A DNA stretch of 64,000 bases from Monocercomonoides exilis PA203 (lineage: Eukaryota > Protista > Preaxostyla). The stretch spans positions 62,001 to 126,000 of the forward strand of contig LSRY02000065.1 in the NCBI GenBank assembly GCA_001643675.2. The letters are read 5' to 3'. Of this stretch, positions 51,587 to 64,000 are shown piece after piece. Below the pieces are notes generated by a model that saw only the letters and a list, made by a program, of their open reading frames with translations, did no database searches and was not told the origin of the DNA. The stretch's first letter is position 1. Each line of letters opens with the position of its first letter. Position numbers and translations under genes: made by a program.

Positions 51587-52929
51587 GCTTCAAAACTGCC
51601 GTCCAGCTCCTCGAAACAAAAATTCTCAATTTTTTTTTCAATATCTCCCATACTATGAATTATTTCTGATCGCCAATAATTATATTAATATTTTTTTTTT
51701 ATTTTTTCTTTCATTTATGAATCAAAACAATTTCATACTTTTTGCGCAGTTGAAGAATTGAACGCATATCATCTAGAAATGATGAAAAGAAAACTTGAAA
51801 AAAAAAAAACAGGTGAAATAATACGATAGAAAAGACAAACAATCTTTAATGAGAATGAGAGAAGGATTTTCACAATTCAGAGGCACTCTTTGGGAAGATT
51901 TTGACAATTCACATATTCACCTTCCTGTGTTTTGTTGTGATTCCCATTTGGTTCATCTCGAGTTTAGCATCTCCATCTTCTTTTATTTTGCTCTATCTTA
52001 AATAATCTTGAGAGCTTGACGAAGTCATTAGCCTGATAACTTAACCCCAGTTATCGTCCTTTTTTCTGAAGTTGCTTCTTAAAGTGCGATTTCAGAAATC
52101 TCACTTTCCAATTGCTCTGTGGTATTCACAACTCGAGAGAGTGTTGTATTTTCAACTGCGTCAGTGAATCTCATGGGCAACATATTTGATATCCTTTTGT
52201 GCGGTGTTTCATCTTTCAACCATCAAAGTTGTCATTTCAATGGCTTCTTCAAAGAGATGAACGGAAAACAAATTAAAGTGTGTGACACAATTTAACAGGA
52301 GAATCTTCATTTTGTGAGTAACATGATGGAAAGGAATCATTTTCCGCTTTCAATTGGGCATTTCTTCTTTGAGAAAAATCTTTGAGTGATCTTGTTTCGT
52401 CTGCTTGAGTTTATTCTATCCAATATCTTTATTGATTTTTCCATATATTTCAAACTCTCTATCTGGTGATTATTATCCATTTCATGCTTTGTTACAGAAA
52501 AGAATAACCCGGATTCTCGGTTTAAATCTATTGTGTTGTGGTTCGTCTGAATGTTTGGTTTCTGTATTGTTCTTTCATTTAACACTTGAATGTGGTTGTT
52601 TGTTGCTTGCCTATTGGCTGAATGAAATGCACGCCCTTTGGAAAGAATGCCAAAGAGATATTTAGCAAGTGTTATTGAAAAAAGAAAAGAAAATTTTCTT
52701 CATTTCTTTTTTGTTTCAACTTTTGCTTTTTTGCTTTTTTTCTCACATTGAAGTGTGAATGGAATGAGAACGAATCAGTGCAGAGATGGAAGAACAAAAG
52801 AGATTTTCAGAATTGAAAGCAGAGAGGAGAAAAATTATTAACGACACTAATTTTGGAAGACCTTTCCATTCGGAAATCTCCATTTCCAGAAAAAGAACTC
52901 CACAATTGGATTCTGTGTTCCTTTGATTC

Positions 52930-54880
52930 TTCTCAATCTTTGCATCAGAAACTCAAAAAGAAAAAAGCAGTCTTCATGTTCATTTTCAAGAATTGCAGCA
53001 CCTCCAACGCAAATACAGACACTTTCATTCTCAGCATTTTTTCAAGGCTTGTTTCATCGTTTCAGATCCTCTATTTCACAAATTTACTCACTTCTCTTGC
53101 TATGTCTCTGAAAGAGCCAATCACTTGTCACTCCAATCCTCCAATAATGAAGAACAGCTCATCAGACACTTCTCACAATAACCTTCTCTGGAAAATATGA
53201 ATTTTGTGTAGTTTGATTCCATTCTCCAATTATCCATTCCTTTTTTGTTTCTTTTCCTCCATTGGCTTTCTCTGGTTTTATCCAATTCACACTTCTTTTC
53301 AGTTTTCAAAATCCATTTTAGGGTCAACTTTTTAATGGGACTTTTTCCTTTATTGGCACTTATTTTATTTTCGACAACAAAAAGCTGAAAAGTGTAAAGT
53401 GGCTTTCAGCATTTGGATAACCGATTTTAACAAAGTTTATTCAATTTATTACCGGTTTGTTTTTTAATTTTTGTTTATTATTTAACGAGATATTACGTTT
53501 TTTTGATAAATTTGAATTGGTTTTTCCCACTCAACCAAGCATTTCCAGAAAATGAAAAATACTGTTTTCAAAAGCACCAACTTTAATCTATCTGTTTTTT
53601 AATTCTTTTTTTGACAAACATTTTTTTCGTGTTATTTTTGCATTTCATTTTTCTAACAACATGCTAACATAAAACTGATTGTTTCTTTGTAAATATAATG
53701 ATATGATTAAAATAAAAATGTGACATGAAAAACATATACTCTTATAATGAAATGTTATAAAAATAGAACACAGTTTTTTTCTATATGTCTAGAACAGCCA
53801 TATGGTACCAACAATATTTGATCTTCGATCAAACTTTTGTGACATTGTTAAGTTCTTGACAAATATAAAAAATTAATGTTTTATATTTACAACATTTCAT
53901 TATAAGAGTATATGTTTTTCATGTCACATTTTTATTTTAATCATATCATTATATTTACAAAGAAACAATCAGTTTTATGTTAGCATGTTGTTAGAAAAAT
54001 GAAATGCAAAAATAACACGAAAAAAATGTTTGTCAAAAAAAGAATTAAAAAACAGATAGATTAAAGTTGGTGCTTTTGAAAACAGTATTTTTCATTTTCT
54101 GGAAATGCTTGGTTGAGTGGGAAAAACCAATTCAAATTTATCAAAAAAACGTAATATCTCGTTAAATAATAAACAAAAATTAAAAAACAAACCGGTAATA
54201 AATTGAATAAACTTTGTTAAAATCGGTTATCCAAATGCTGAAAGCCACTTTACACTTTTCAGCTTTTTGTTGTCGAAAATAAAAAAAGTGCCAATAAAGG
54301 AAAAAGTCCCATTAAAAAGTTGACCCTATATTCTTTTTCAAAATCCATATTCCCCATCATCTTCTCTTTCAAAGTTTTGTCACCGAGAACTTCACTTTAC
54401 AAACACAACAAAATGAATTCAAGGGAACTTCAACCTTTTTTTATTTCACAATGTTTTTCCCTTTGCTTTTTGCAGCATTTAGAAGACAAGGAATTTCCAT
54501 TGTCACTTTTTGAACTTGTTGATTGAATCCATCTTTGTCAACGAAAGATAGCATTCACAGAAATCAACCAAAAGCCATTTATTCTTTTCCTTTTTTCCTC
54601 CTTCTTTTTCGACAGTCATCTTCCCAATGTCACTTTGAAAGAAGAATTCAACTGGAAATCACACTTCATATTTTTCAGTCTTAATTGTGTCCGAAACACT
54701 TTTCAGAACAAAGGCTTTGCACAGTGATTGTTTCTTTTTCTCAACCATTTTGCATGTTTGATTGCAAATATTTTTGAACGAAGCTTGACAGAGTTCTGCT
54801 TTAATCATGTCATTTTATTGTTTATTCATGTATTTTTTCATTTTCAGAAGAAAAATTTTCTTCATGGATTTTTATAATCT
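52930..54880 (-). pseudogene. Degraded copy 4 of the expanded family, split by the foldback at 53321-54326
   Basis: KNKWLLVDFCECYLSL...IPCLLNAA right of the insertion and KLKRSVNW.K...GGKETKKEWIIGEWNQT left of it match copies 1-3. Confidence 0.7.
53321..54326. mobile_element. Foldback non-autonomous element (1006 bp), TA TSD
   Basis: Inverted arms 53321-53756 and 53891-54326 (436 bp, one mismatch seen). TA|GGGTCAACTTTTT...AAAAAGTTGACCC|TA. Confidence 0.92.
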
Positions 54881-55001
54881 TTTTTCATATTCTGAAAAGT
54901 GGTTTTGCCAAACAACAAAAGATGAAAAATTTTAACATATTCCGATTCAAATATAGTTGATTTATTATTGAAAGAAAAATATACAAATTTTCACATCATA
55001 T

Positions 55002-55260
55002 GGGTTATTATTTTTGAAATCATATTTTTTCATTCAAAAAATTCGATTCGAAAATTTTTCAAAAGCATTAACAACAAAACACCAAAAATTGAAAATTTTA
55101 ATAAAAAAATATTTTCTTTGTTGTTTTTGTTTAAACATTTGTGTTTAATATGGTTTTGATGGAATTTTTCTTAAAAAAATTCAAATTCTCTATTCAATAA
55201 CAAACAATCTTTGAAAAATCAACACCACGAAAAAATATATGATTTCAAAAATAATCACCC
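55002..55260. mobile_element. MITE family 1 (259 bp), ATAT TSD
   Basis: ATAT|GGGTTATTATTTTTGAAATCATAT...ATATGATTTCAAAAATAATCACCC|ATAT. Confidence 0.88.
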
Positions 55261-57379
55261 ATATTCATTTAACAATTCATTTAAACTTTTCCAATCTTTG
55301 AAAAACCTTTCGGATGGATATTTTCCGTCGATTTTTAAAAAGAAATTGAGCCAACTGAAATAAAATATGTACTCATATTTTTTTTAATGAGTAAAAAACC
55401 CGGTACAAAGTTAAAAAACCCGGACTTTAAAACAAAGAAAATTTTTCTTTCATCAAAACATTAGCTTTGTTTCAACTGATTATTGACTGATGAAGCATTT
55501 GGGTGATTTTTTTTGATATCATAAAAAATTCCGACGTTTGATCAAAAACAAATTTAATTAAGGGTTGGGTTGAATCGAAAATATTTTTGTTTAATTATGC
55601 AAAAATATTCATTAATATATAGTTATTATTTATTATTTGTTGATTTTAATTTGTTTTCAATTGATTTTATTACATATTTTGAAAAAAATATTAAAAAATT
55701 ATTCGAAAATATCGAGAATTCAATAAACAGAACAAAATATTCGTTCAATCGTTAATACATCCAAATATAATAGTTTCATTCACGTGATTAATCAATTACT
55801 AACACAAATATTTTTTTAATAAAGTTACAGCAAAGAAACATTTAAATTGATTATGAAGATCTGAAAACATTTGTTGATAACAAATAAATTTCAACAGTTT
55901 TTGCAACCAGTTCCCGTCATGCTGTCCTAAATTCATATTTCTCTCTCGAACACATTGATTTCCTGCTGTTCTGAAAAAACTGAAAATTTTCCTTTCTTTT
56001 CAAATCCAATCAGCTTTTAAAGAAATAACTATCTCCAATTTCCGTTCCAACTTTTTCACTCCCACACATTCCATATGGATTCACTGTTCAAACACTATCA
56101 ATATTCTGGATTTGGAGATATCCTGCTTTCATTCATTTTCATTCATTTCCACCTCCTGCCCTGAAAACAACACAAAAACAGTCAACAGATAAATATTCAT
56201 ATAAAGAAAAATAAATAAAGAACAAACTGCTCTTCGACTGTTTTTTGCCAAACACACTCATTTCCACAGCCATCATCATTCCAAAAATAAATCAATCTCT
56301 TCATTTCAGTCTCAGAATGGTCAAATTGCAGCATGGAATGCATCTCCACAAAAAACATTGTATGTCTCACTGGAGGGTCTTTTCAGCCCGTACACATCGT
56401 GGTGGCTGTCCAGAGGGGTTTTTTCCGTTTTTGGCATGATCATCTCCTTTAATAATATTCTCAACCATCCAAAGAAGAATAACTCGTTTATCTCATCAAC
56501 ACCTTGCACATGAGGGATATTGTTCAGAGAAGAGATGAAAGAGGATTATTTGTTGCAGAGGGAAGGAATTGAGAGTTTTATGGAATGTTAATGTTTCGAG
56601 AGTGGTTTTTGAAAGGAAGAAATTCTGAGACAGAGGGATGGGGAAGAGCAAGCGGAGATTTGGAGAAAAGTTTGTTGTAAATATGTAGGTAAGTGGCTGA
56701 GGATGATGAAAGAGGACTGATTGGTGATTGGAGAAATGGATTTTGAAGAGAAAGAAAAGAGTGTTAAAGTGGGCAAGAAGAAGAATATTCTGAAGTGTTC
56801 AAATGGAAAAGGGTGTTTTTTTTGAAGAAAAGATTTTATGGAAGAGAATGGGAAAGATGAAGAAAAGGAGGGGATTGATATTTTCAGATGATTTTGTGAG
56901 CTGAATGGAAGAGGGGAATGGAAAAGAAAAGAAATTGAGAAATATTATCATTTTCGATTTTTGAGAGGAATGGAGAGGAAATCGCAAAATGAAATTCAAT
57001 TGATTTTGGAAAAATACAGCAAGATTAATTTCCACAGTCTGTTCGTCACAAATATTGTGATTGAATTTTTTCAAACCAATCTGAAGTGTATACAGCGAGA
57101 CAATTTGGCCTATTAACGACTTCACGCAAAGCGTCCTCGTCATCTTCTTCAGAAACGCCAGTTGACTGATTGCGCATTTCTCTATCACCGCATATATTCA
57201 AATTTTTCGACTTGAACTTCGTCTTCACCTTCTTCTTCGCCTTCTTCTCCTTTCTCTTTGACATTTCTTCACATTTCGCATTGGATTAAGTCATCGATAT
57301 TCAAATTTGTGTTTACTGTTCAATCGGCAGCTTGATAAACGCACCAAAAATAATATTGTTCGGATTACCTACTCTCAAC

Positions 57380-58105
57380 AGAATCATCATCATCAATGCC
57401 TTCTGTGGGATTGCTGGATGTGCATTTGAACTGCTTTCTTCTTTTGCAGCAGCACATCCAACTCTGCTTCAGTACTTCGTTCGGCTTCCGCGCTCCGGCT
57501 ATGCTGAATGGAGTGAATGAGGCGAATGGGCATTGAATGAGAAATGGAAGTGGAAGAGGGAAGGAGCTTCAAGGCACATTACGTTCATCTGCTCGCTTTA
57601 TGACACTGCCAAGAAGCGAAGAGAGAGGAGTTCAAGTTCAAATGAAAGAGGCAAAGAAGGTGGATTTCAGAAGCAAATTGAGCTTCGTGCAGAGGAAACG
57701 GAGTCAGAAAGAAGAGCCAAAGGCGAAGACGAAGGCGAAGGAGAAAAACTGGTTTTGCACATCGCAAATTGACATTTTCGACACAAGGCTTGCACAGGCA
57801 GCAACGGAAAGGAGGAGGAGGACAGGGGAAGAGAAGAAGGAGGTGATGAAAATGAAGATGAACATCAGCAGACATTTTACTCGTTCAATAGCACACTCAA
57901 AACATCACAGCTTCCTCGACATTTGCTACTCCTCCTTTTTCTCACTTCCACCATACCCAATTATCTTCCACTTCTGTTCTGACTGGCACTTCCCCGAAGC
58001 CCATTACTTCTACGTCTTCCGCCACCGATTCCTCTTCACTTACCCAGAAGTCCATGTACATAATTAGCCCAAGCTCTGTCTCTTTATCAAACATGTCTTC
58101 TTCTT
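57380..58105. repeat. Dispersed ~0.7-kb repeat, copy B (homologous to 18790-19520)
   Basis: Direct nucleotide similarity, also visible as near-identical ORF translations (57537 versus 18915). Confidence 0.9.
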
Positions 58106-58989
58106 GCTCTCCTCCTTCTCCTCCTTCTCCTCCTTCTTCCATTTCTTCCTTCTCGCTGGGTATTCCTCGAACGATTCTTGTGAAGGACAGTTGAGCAATG
58201 CAGGTGCATTTGCAAGCAGCAACATGAAAGCTATGGGGGATATATTTGAGCCACAAAGCATCCTTCTGAACCACGCAACATGTACAGCAAGCTATGGGAA
58301 TTCGGGCGGATATTGAGAAGGAAGAGAAAAAGGAAAAGAAGGATTTGGCAGATGCATAAAAAAGGCACAGAAAAAAGGTTTCTCACAAAAGAAGAAGAAA
58401 GAAGCTGAGACGAAAAATAAGCCTGTGAAGATTCTAACCACTCTTTGCTCAGATTTTCTTCCTGAAATCAAAAATCGAAGAAGGATTCATCAGCAGATTA
58501 TGGAAACACCATTCACTTTCTCAACGTTTGCATCTACTAACAAATCATCTTCATTCACTTCTTCTTCTTTTCCCATTTCATCACCATCATCACCACTTCC
58601 TTTTTCTTCTTCTTCTTCTTCCTTTTCTCCTTCCCCAACCAACCTCCTATCCATCAAGCACAGCTCAGGACGTTCGTTCAAAGTGAAGCGGCAGAATGTG
58701 ATTGAGCCGTGTACCAGTGACGTTTGTGGCACTTTTCTGTCGATGGACGTTCCATTTTAGCTGCGCTGTGCGTTTCCTGTTGAACAGTTAATGGTCTGCG
58801 GCTTAAACAACATCCGCAGACTGAGGAGACTCAACGCCATCACCCATGTAGCAAACCAGAATTGTATGGAAAATTTGAATTTTTCTATAAAATAAAATAT
58901 ATTTCTTTAATTGTTTGATTTATTTTTGTAAATCTGAATTTTGCTTTTCAAATAATTATCTAAATCTAAATTTTTTTGTTCACTCTCAA

Positions 58990-60300
58990 ATGATGAACAG
59001 TTATGATGGTGGACTAGTGGCAATGATTTTTCAATTGTCTTACAAAGCAGTAAAGATTATTTGCTGAATGATGCTGTTGCAAAGCAATTGATCAGATTCA
59101 TGAGGTTTGTCAGAAAATATTTGTTGAGATTTTGTTCACAAGTTTTTCTTTCTTTCTTCTTTTTGATCAAATTCTTTTTCTTCTTCATTTTTACACCCAC
59201 TTTTTCACTCATTCGTTATCATTATTCACAAATACACAAATATATTCACATCCAGTTTACATTGGTACCCTCTTGTCTCTTCTTCTCTTCGTGTGACCCA
59301 CAAATTCATCACAAATGGTGCTGAGTTCCATTCCGTGTTTCTGCACCACTGCATTCTCCAGCCCATCCACCGCCTGTTGCACCCAACACCCTGAAAACAG
59401 TGGAAAGGCTTCTTCCATCCTTCTCTCACTAACCAGCAAGCCGTTCAAGCTGTTTGCCAGCTTGCTCGACAAGGCGCTGTTTAACGAGCTGGTCGAGCTG
59501 ATGCACTCACCACAGGCGATTGTTCGGAACAACACGTCGGAAATCATCGAGGCGCTTACAGAAGGAAGAGGGCTGGCTGAAGAAGGAGTTGGAGAGGAAA
59601 AACGAGATGGAGGATATGGTGGAATGCCACGGAGGGGATATGATGGAAGTGTGATATTTGGGGATACGAAGGAGAAGAGAAACGAGAAGGATAAAGAAGC
59701 GAACAACGAGCCAACAGTTACGAAGGAAGAGCTGCTGCGTCGTTTGCTGAGCTGGGGCGTTGTGTTGAATCTTGTGGCGTCCTGGCGTTGCCAACGGCAA
59801 CTGACATAGCGAAAATAGGAGCTGCTGGTGCTTTGCTTAATCTGTATGCACCTGTTGGGAAAAAGAGGAACAAGAGAAGATACGGAGGAGGAGGAAGATG
59901 AAGAGGATGAAGAAAAGGAGAGTGCAACGAAAGAGAAGAAGAAGAAGAAGAAGAAGAAGAATGATGGTTATATTCAGCTTCTCCTCTCACACAAGGTCAT
60001 TCGCTCACTTTGTCTCGACTGCGTTTTTTCCAATCCTCACCTTTGCTGCATCCATTGATTGCCTCAGAACTAATTCTTTGATATACCGATCCCACCATTT
60101 CATGCTCCACCCACTACCTGATGAACGCGCGCAGCTTCTCCACCTCAGAAGAATGCAGCGCAAAACAGCCACAGCGGAACATAGTCCAATGAGAAGATAA
60201 GAACTGCTATATCCGAGTCACTAAGCGCACTCCTCAACAACAAGAATGATTTTCTTCTTTCAGAATCGTATTTGAAAGAGGGTTATATCAATTCCTCAGC
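58990..60300 (+). pseudogene. ARM/HEAT-like gene fragment (cargo)
   Basis: LLDKALFNELVELMHSPQAIVRNNTSEIIEAL...LLSWGVVLNLVAS...AKIGAAGALLNL, broken by stops and frameshifts. Confidence 0.4.
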
Positions 60301-61762
60301 CATTTGCTCCTTCTCCTTCATCCTTTCCTCTTCATCTTCTCCCAAGCCGCAACTTATTTCACAATCTTAATTCTTGCTGATTGATAGCACTCACAGAACG
60401 GCCAATAAAATAGAACTTGTCAAAAAAAAAAAGGAGGAGTCGATGAAGCTCAGCCCAATCAATTCTGTAAGAGAACATGGGAGAGAGCAGTGGGATCAGA
60501 AGGGAAAGGAAAAACTGTTTAGAATGAGTCTCACTTTCAAGGGAGGGAAGAATCGGATATGCCATTGTTTAATTGCTGTAATGGCGAGAGCCGAAGGAAG
60601 AGAGAGAGAAGATAGAAGGTTTGGAAGAAGAGTGGAAGGATATCAATTTTGATCATCAAAGTGATTTGCTTGTGAAACAAAAGAAATTGTTGCCACCTGG
60701 AGAGATGAGAGCGATGAAGGAGAGAGAGTCAAATGAAGGGGAAGCTGGAACGAAAGAAAAGGATGATCAAGAGAAAGAGGAAGAAGATGACGAAAAGGGG
60801 AAAGAAATAGACTGAACAAAAAACAAATGATGATTGGGACGAATTTAATATAGATTTCTGCGCATGAGTTGCAAGAGCAGGAACTTTGGAAAAGAACGCA
60901 GTTAACGAAATGAGAATTTTAAAAATGTCGAGAAGAAATGACAGGAAACGATATGGTGTTGAGAAGAAAAATTGAACTGCATTTGCATATTGAATTTAAA
61001 GAGAAGTTTCGATGTTGAGTAAAGTGTTCTTATTAACTGCAGTTTCCTGAATAACACAAACCCCGTTTGCTGAATCTGTTGAGCTGATCAGCAGATACTG
61101 GAATTTTTTAATGAGGTTTCAGCTAGATTAATGAAAAACATATTGCATTTTCTATGGAAAAATAAAAATTCACTAATGTTGCGCTTTTTTGAGTTCTCTA
61201 AATATTTTTTCCCTTTTATTAGCTTTGTTAAGCAAGTTAAGAATATTTTTTTGTCTTTTTGATGAGTTTTGTTGATTAAACTTTATCAATTTTTGCATCA
61301 TTTTTATGAAACTTGATCATAAAAATTCTTTTAAATCAAAACATTAAAAAGGTATGCTTTTTTTCATATGAACAAAAAAAACAAATATATATGACAGAAA
61401 TAAAAGCTTAATATACATGAAAAATCAATTAAACTCTATGATCAATAAATACCACAATAAATATTATTTTTTCAATTTTTGATCTTTTTTATGATATCAA
61501 AAAAAATCACCCATTTGAAGTTGAAAAGTTCAAACTTTTCTAATTATTATGATGTCTTTCTTCTCGATAACTGTTGTTCACTTGATAGAATGATTGATTA
61601 ATATTCTATATTTATTGTTGAAAATTCAAGATATAATTTTGCAAATATAATGAAAAAAAATTATCATTCCATCACTTGAACTGCCTTTTGTTTGTTTGAT
61701 TGAATAGCCTTTCAAACAATATTTTTTCCATTTTGATAATTTTGATCGTTCCCTTTTTTGTG

Positions 61763-63473
61763 ATGGAAAAGAAATCCATTTCTTCAGAAGAACTTCTTAG
61801 GATTGCTGCTACAAGAGAATACCGCGCAATCCATTCCAGGTCGAGGAAAATTTTTGAAATCAAGAAAACATATCCATTGACAGTGAACGTGGCGGTCAAA
61901 GCGAAAGTCATTTCAAGGCAGGCTTGGTACAGAGGCAAAACAGCAGAAAAGAAAAACAGAGATGTTGGAAAAGAAGGAAGACCATCGCTTATTAATTCTG
62001 AGAAACTGGAAAAAATCGAAAATCAGGTCTTGTCTTTATTATCAGAAGGAGTTGTTGTTCGAATGAAGCACATACAGGAAATGGTTTTCAATATTTTTAT
62101 ATGATTAATTTTTATCTTTATTTAAATAGGCAATAAAAATGTTGGACGCAGAATCAACAAATGAAGAAGAAAACGAGAAACTCCATCCGAAATTATCTAA
62201 TTATTTGGTTCAAAGAAGTTCTATTTTAAAGGCTGCCTTGGCGAGACCATTAGAAATTGCAAAAATTCGGTCACAGAGCCCTGAAAGTGTGACTAATTGG
62301 TTTGAAGAAGTGAAAGAAATCGTAGAAGGAAACAATATCGAAGTTACCAATATTTTTAATTTCGATGAATCTTCTGTACAAATCGGAGAAAGTTCTGCAA
62401 AGTTGGTCATCTGTTTGAAGGACCAAATCCCTCCTTCTCCTATAGATCCTCGAAAAATTGCCAATGCAACTCTTTGCGTATGCGTGTGTTCTGATGGTTC
62501 CAGCCTTCCTCATTTTTTTCTTTATCCAAAGAAAAAAATGCCTGAAGAGTTTTCTAATTTGAAATTTTTTAATATTAATTAAATTCCTGTGCCTTCAGGA
62601 TGGATTACCACTGAAATTTTCAAAATCATCATGCTTCAAAATTGGATTCCTCTCATTCATCAAAAAAATCAATCAACATCTTCGAAAAAGGCTCTTCTTC
62701 TTCTTGATAACCATTCTACCCATACATGTTCAGAAGTCATTATGAAAGCTGAAAATAACGGAATTTTCATAAAAACATTTCCCCCTAACATGACCCATCT
62801 CCTCCAGCAATGTAACAATGTGATATTTGCCAGATTGAAAAGAACATTTTTCAATAATTTCACAGTTCCAATCGATGATTCATCTTCTTCATATAGAAAG
62901 GCACATGCCGAGGTCTCACCAGGGGCCATCGCTGTAGCGACCACTTCATCGGTAATCAAAACTGCATTTCTCAACACAGGAATCTGGCCACTGGCAGCTT
63001 CGCAAGTTCTCACCAAAATAAGTGGATCTCCTTCAAAATCTTCTTTAGCAATTTCTTCAGATGAAGTTGACAATGAATTGTTTGGTTCTTTTTTCCCAAA
63101 GCGCAAAGTTAAATCAACAAAAAAGGTTCAAAATGAAATGATAATAGAAGAAAAGCACCATAGGGATGAATTCACGCAAACTGATGATTATAATATCTCA
63201 GACGAAGATAGTGATCATCCTTCAAGAAACAAATCAGTATCAAAAAGAATCCCTCGAATAAGAAAGAAAAAAATCGACGGTGACTACATTTATGAAGACG
63301 ATGAAGCTGGATCAACAGAAAGGTGGATTGAAGAGCATAATGAAAGAATAAAAGAAACTTGTCCATCAAGAAGCAAAAAATTCAAAATACAACACGATGA
63401 TAACGAAACAATGGAAACATCAACTAGTTTAGGAAATACTTATTTATTCAAATATTTTATACTTCTTTTTTGA
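61763..63473 (+). pseudogene. Inactivated pogo-like DDE_1 transposase
   Basis: Exon 61763-62083, intron 62084-62129. DVGKEGRP, IFNFDES, in-frame TAA at 62580, SGWIT, LLLLDNHSTH, FPPNMTHLLQQCNNVIF (third catalytic Asp replaced by Asn). Confidence 0.85.
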
Positions 63474-64000
63474 ATGTTATTTACATATATGACTTTACAT
63501 GTATTGCATATTTTGGATTGAATGCTAATTGTTAATTGTTTTATTTATCCTTCATAATTCATACAAATATATAAGAATAAAAAATGGTTGCAAAAGACTA
63601 AGCGTTGGACAGTAAAAAGCTTTGGCCAAGTTCATAACAATTTTCATATATCAATGATATGGCTTCTATAACTTTGGAAATTTGAGGAACATCATTTCAC
63701 ACGATTATTATTGATTCACAGAAAAAACATGATATTTTTCTTTGCATGCCAAGTTAAATTCTTCTTTTTTCTTAACGATCATAAATTATCACTTTCAGCA
63801 ATAAAAAAAACATATAACTTGAATAAAAAATTGTAAAAAATTGAAGATACAGTTGCTGAATAAAAAAACCGGGTTTTTTACTTTGTAACGGGTTTTTTTC
63901 TCATTGTATCTATCTTTTCACTAACTATTGAATGATGAAAAAATTAAAAAAAAAAAGTATTTGAATAATCAGAGTTGCCCATAATAACATAAGAATTCCT

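Larger units (their letters stand above)
55501..61512. mobile_element. 6.0-kb Pack-like element with MITE family 1 TIRs and ATTT TSD
   Basis: ATTT|GGGTGATTTTTTTTGATATCATAAAAAA ... TTTTTTATGATATCAAAAAAAATCACCC|ATTT. The interior holds gene fragments and no recognisable transposase. Confidence 0.8.
55381..63910 (+). mobile_element. Pogo-like DDE_1 transposon expanded by a 6-kb nested insertion
   Basis: TIRs AATGAGTAAAAAACCCGGTACAAAGTTAAAAAACCCGG (55386-) and rc AATGAGAAAAAAACCCGTTACAAAGTAAAAAACCCGG (to 63905). Right end ...CATTGTATC|TA; the left outer bases are eroded. Confidence 0.8.

Noticed and set aside
51900-52800. Possible tyrosine-recombinase retroelement relic (similar hints at 9330-9512 and 29800-30080)
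   Set aside because: Too degraded for catalytic motifs to be identified by eye; needs a translated HMM search.
62580-62582. In-frame TAA in a transposase suggesting TAR=Gln recoding as in some oxymonads
   Set aside because: The family genes end at aligned positions in TAG/TAA, long intact exons contain no in-frame TAR, and this TAA aligns with a hydrophobic residue in an element that has also lost a catalytic Asp.

Overview
AT-rich eukaryotic DNA with short GT-AG introns and the standard genetic code. The expanded 'YLNEI..IIQYHQEHHNLT.LAYQ' gene family and adhesin-like fragments suggest an oxymonad such as Monocercomonoides; this is an inference from family recognition, not a database result. 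One GC-richer island (40.2-51.6 kb) holds three intact host genes: Rab28, a divergent membralin/TMEM259-like membrane protein, and RBBP6/Mpe1 with a long RS tail. The rest is mostly DNA transposons and pseudogenes: four Merlin/IS1595-type copies (one with TIRs and a perfect 8-bp TSD), three pogo-like DDE_1 copies, two Sola-like DDD transposase relics, about eight GGG...CCC MITEs with mostly 4-bp AWWT TSDs, three foldback elements, and four copies of one lineage-specific gene family. The most notable structure is a 6.0-kb non-autonomous element (55501-61512) with the MITE family's TIRs and an ATTT TSD. It has no recognisable transposase, carries gene fragments, and is nested in a pogo-like element. 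A second TIR-bounded cargo element (17102-20301) of a different family carries a homologous ~0.7-kb segment. Together these suggest a Pack-type gene-fragment capture and shuffling system, possibly Sola-driven. All alignments and domain calls were made by eye.
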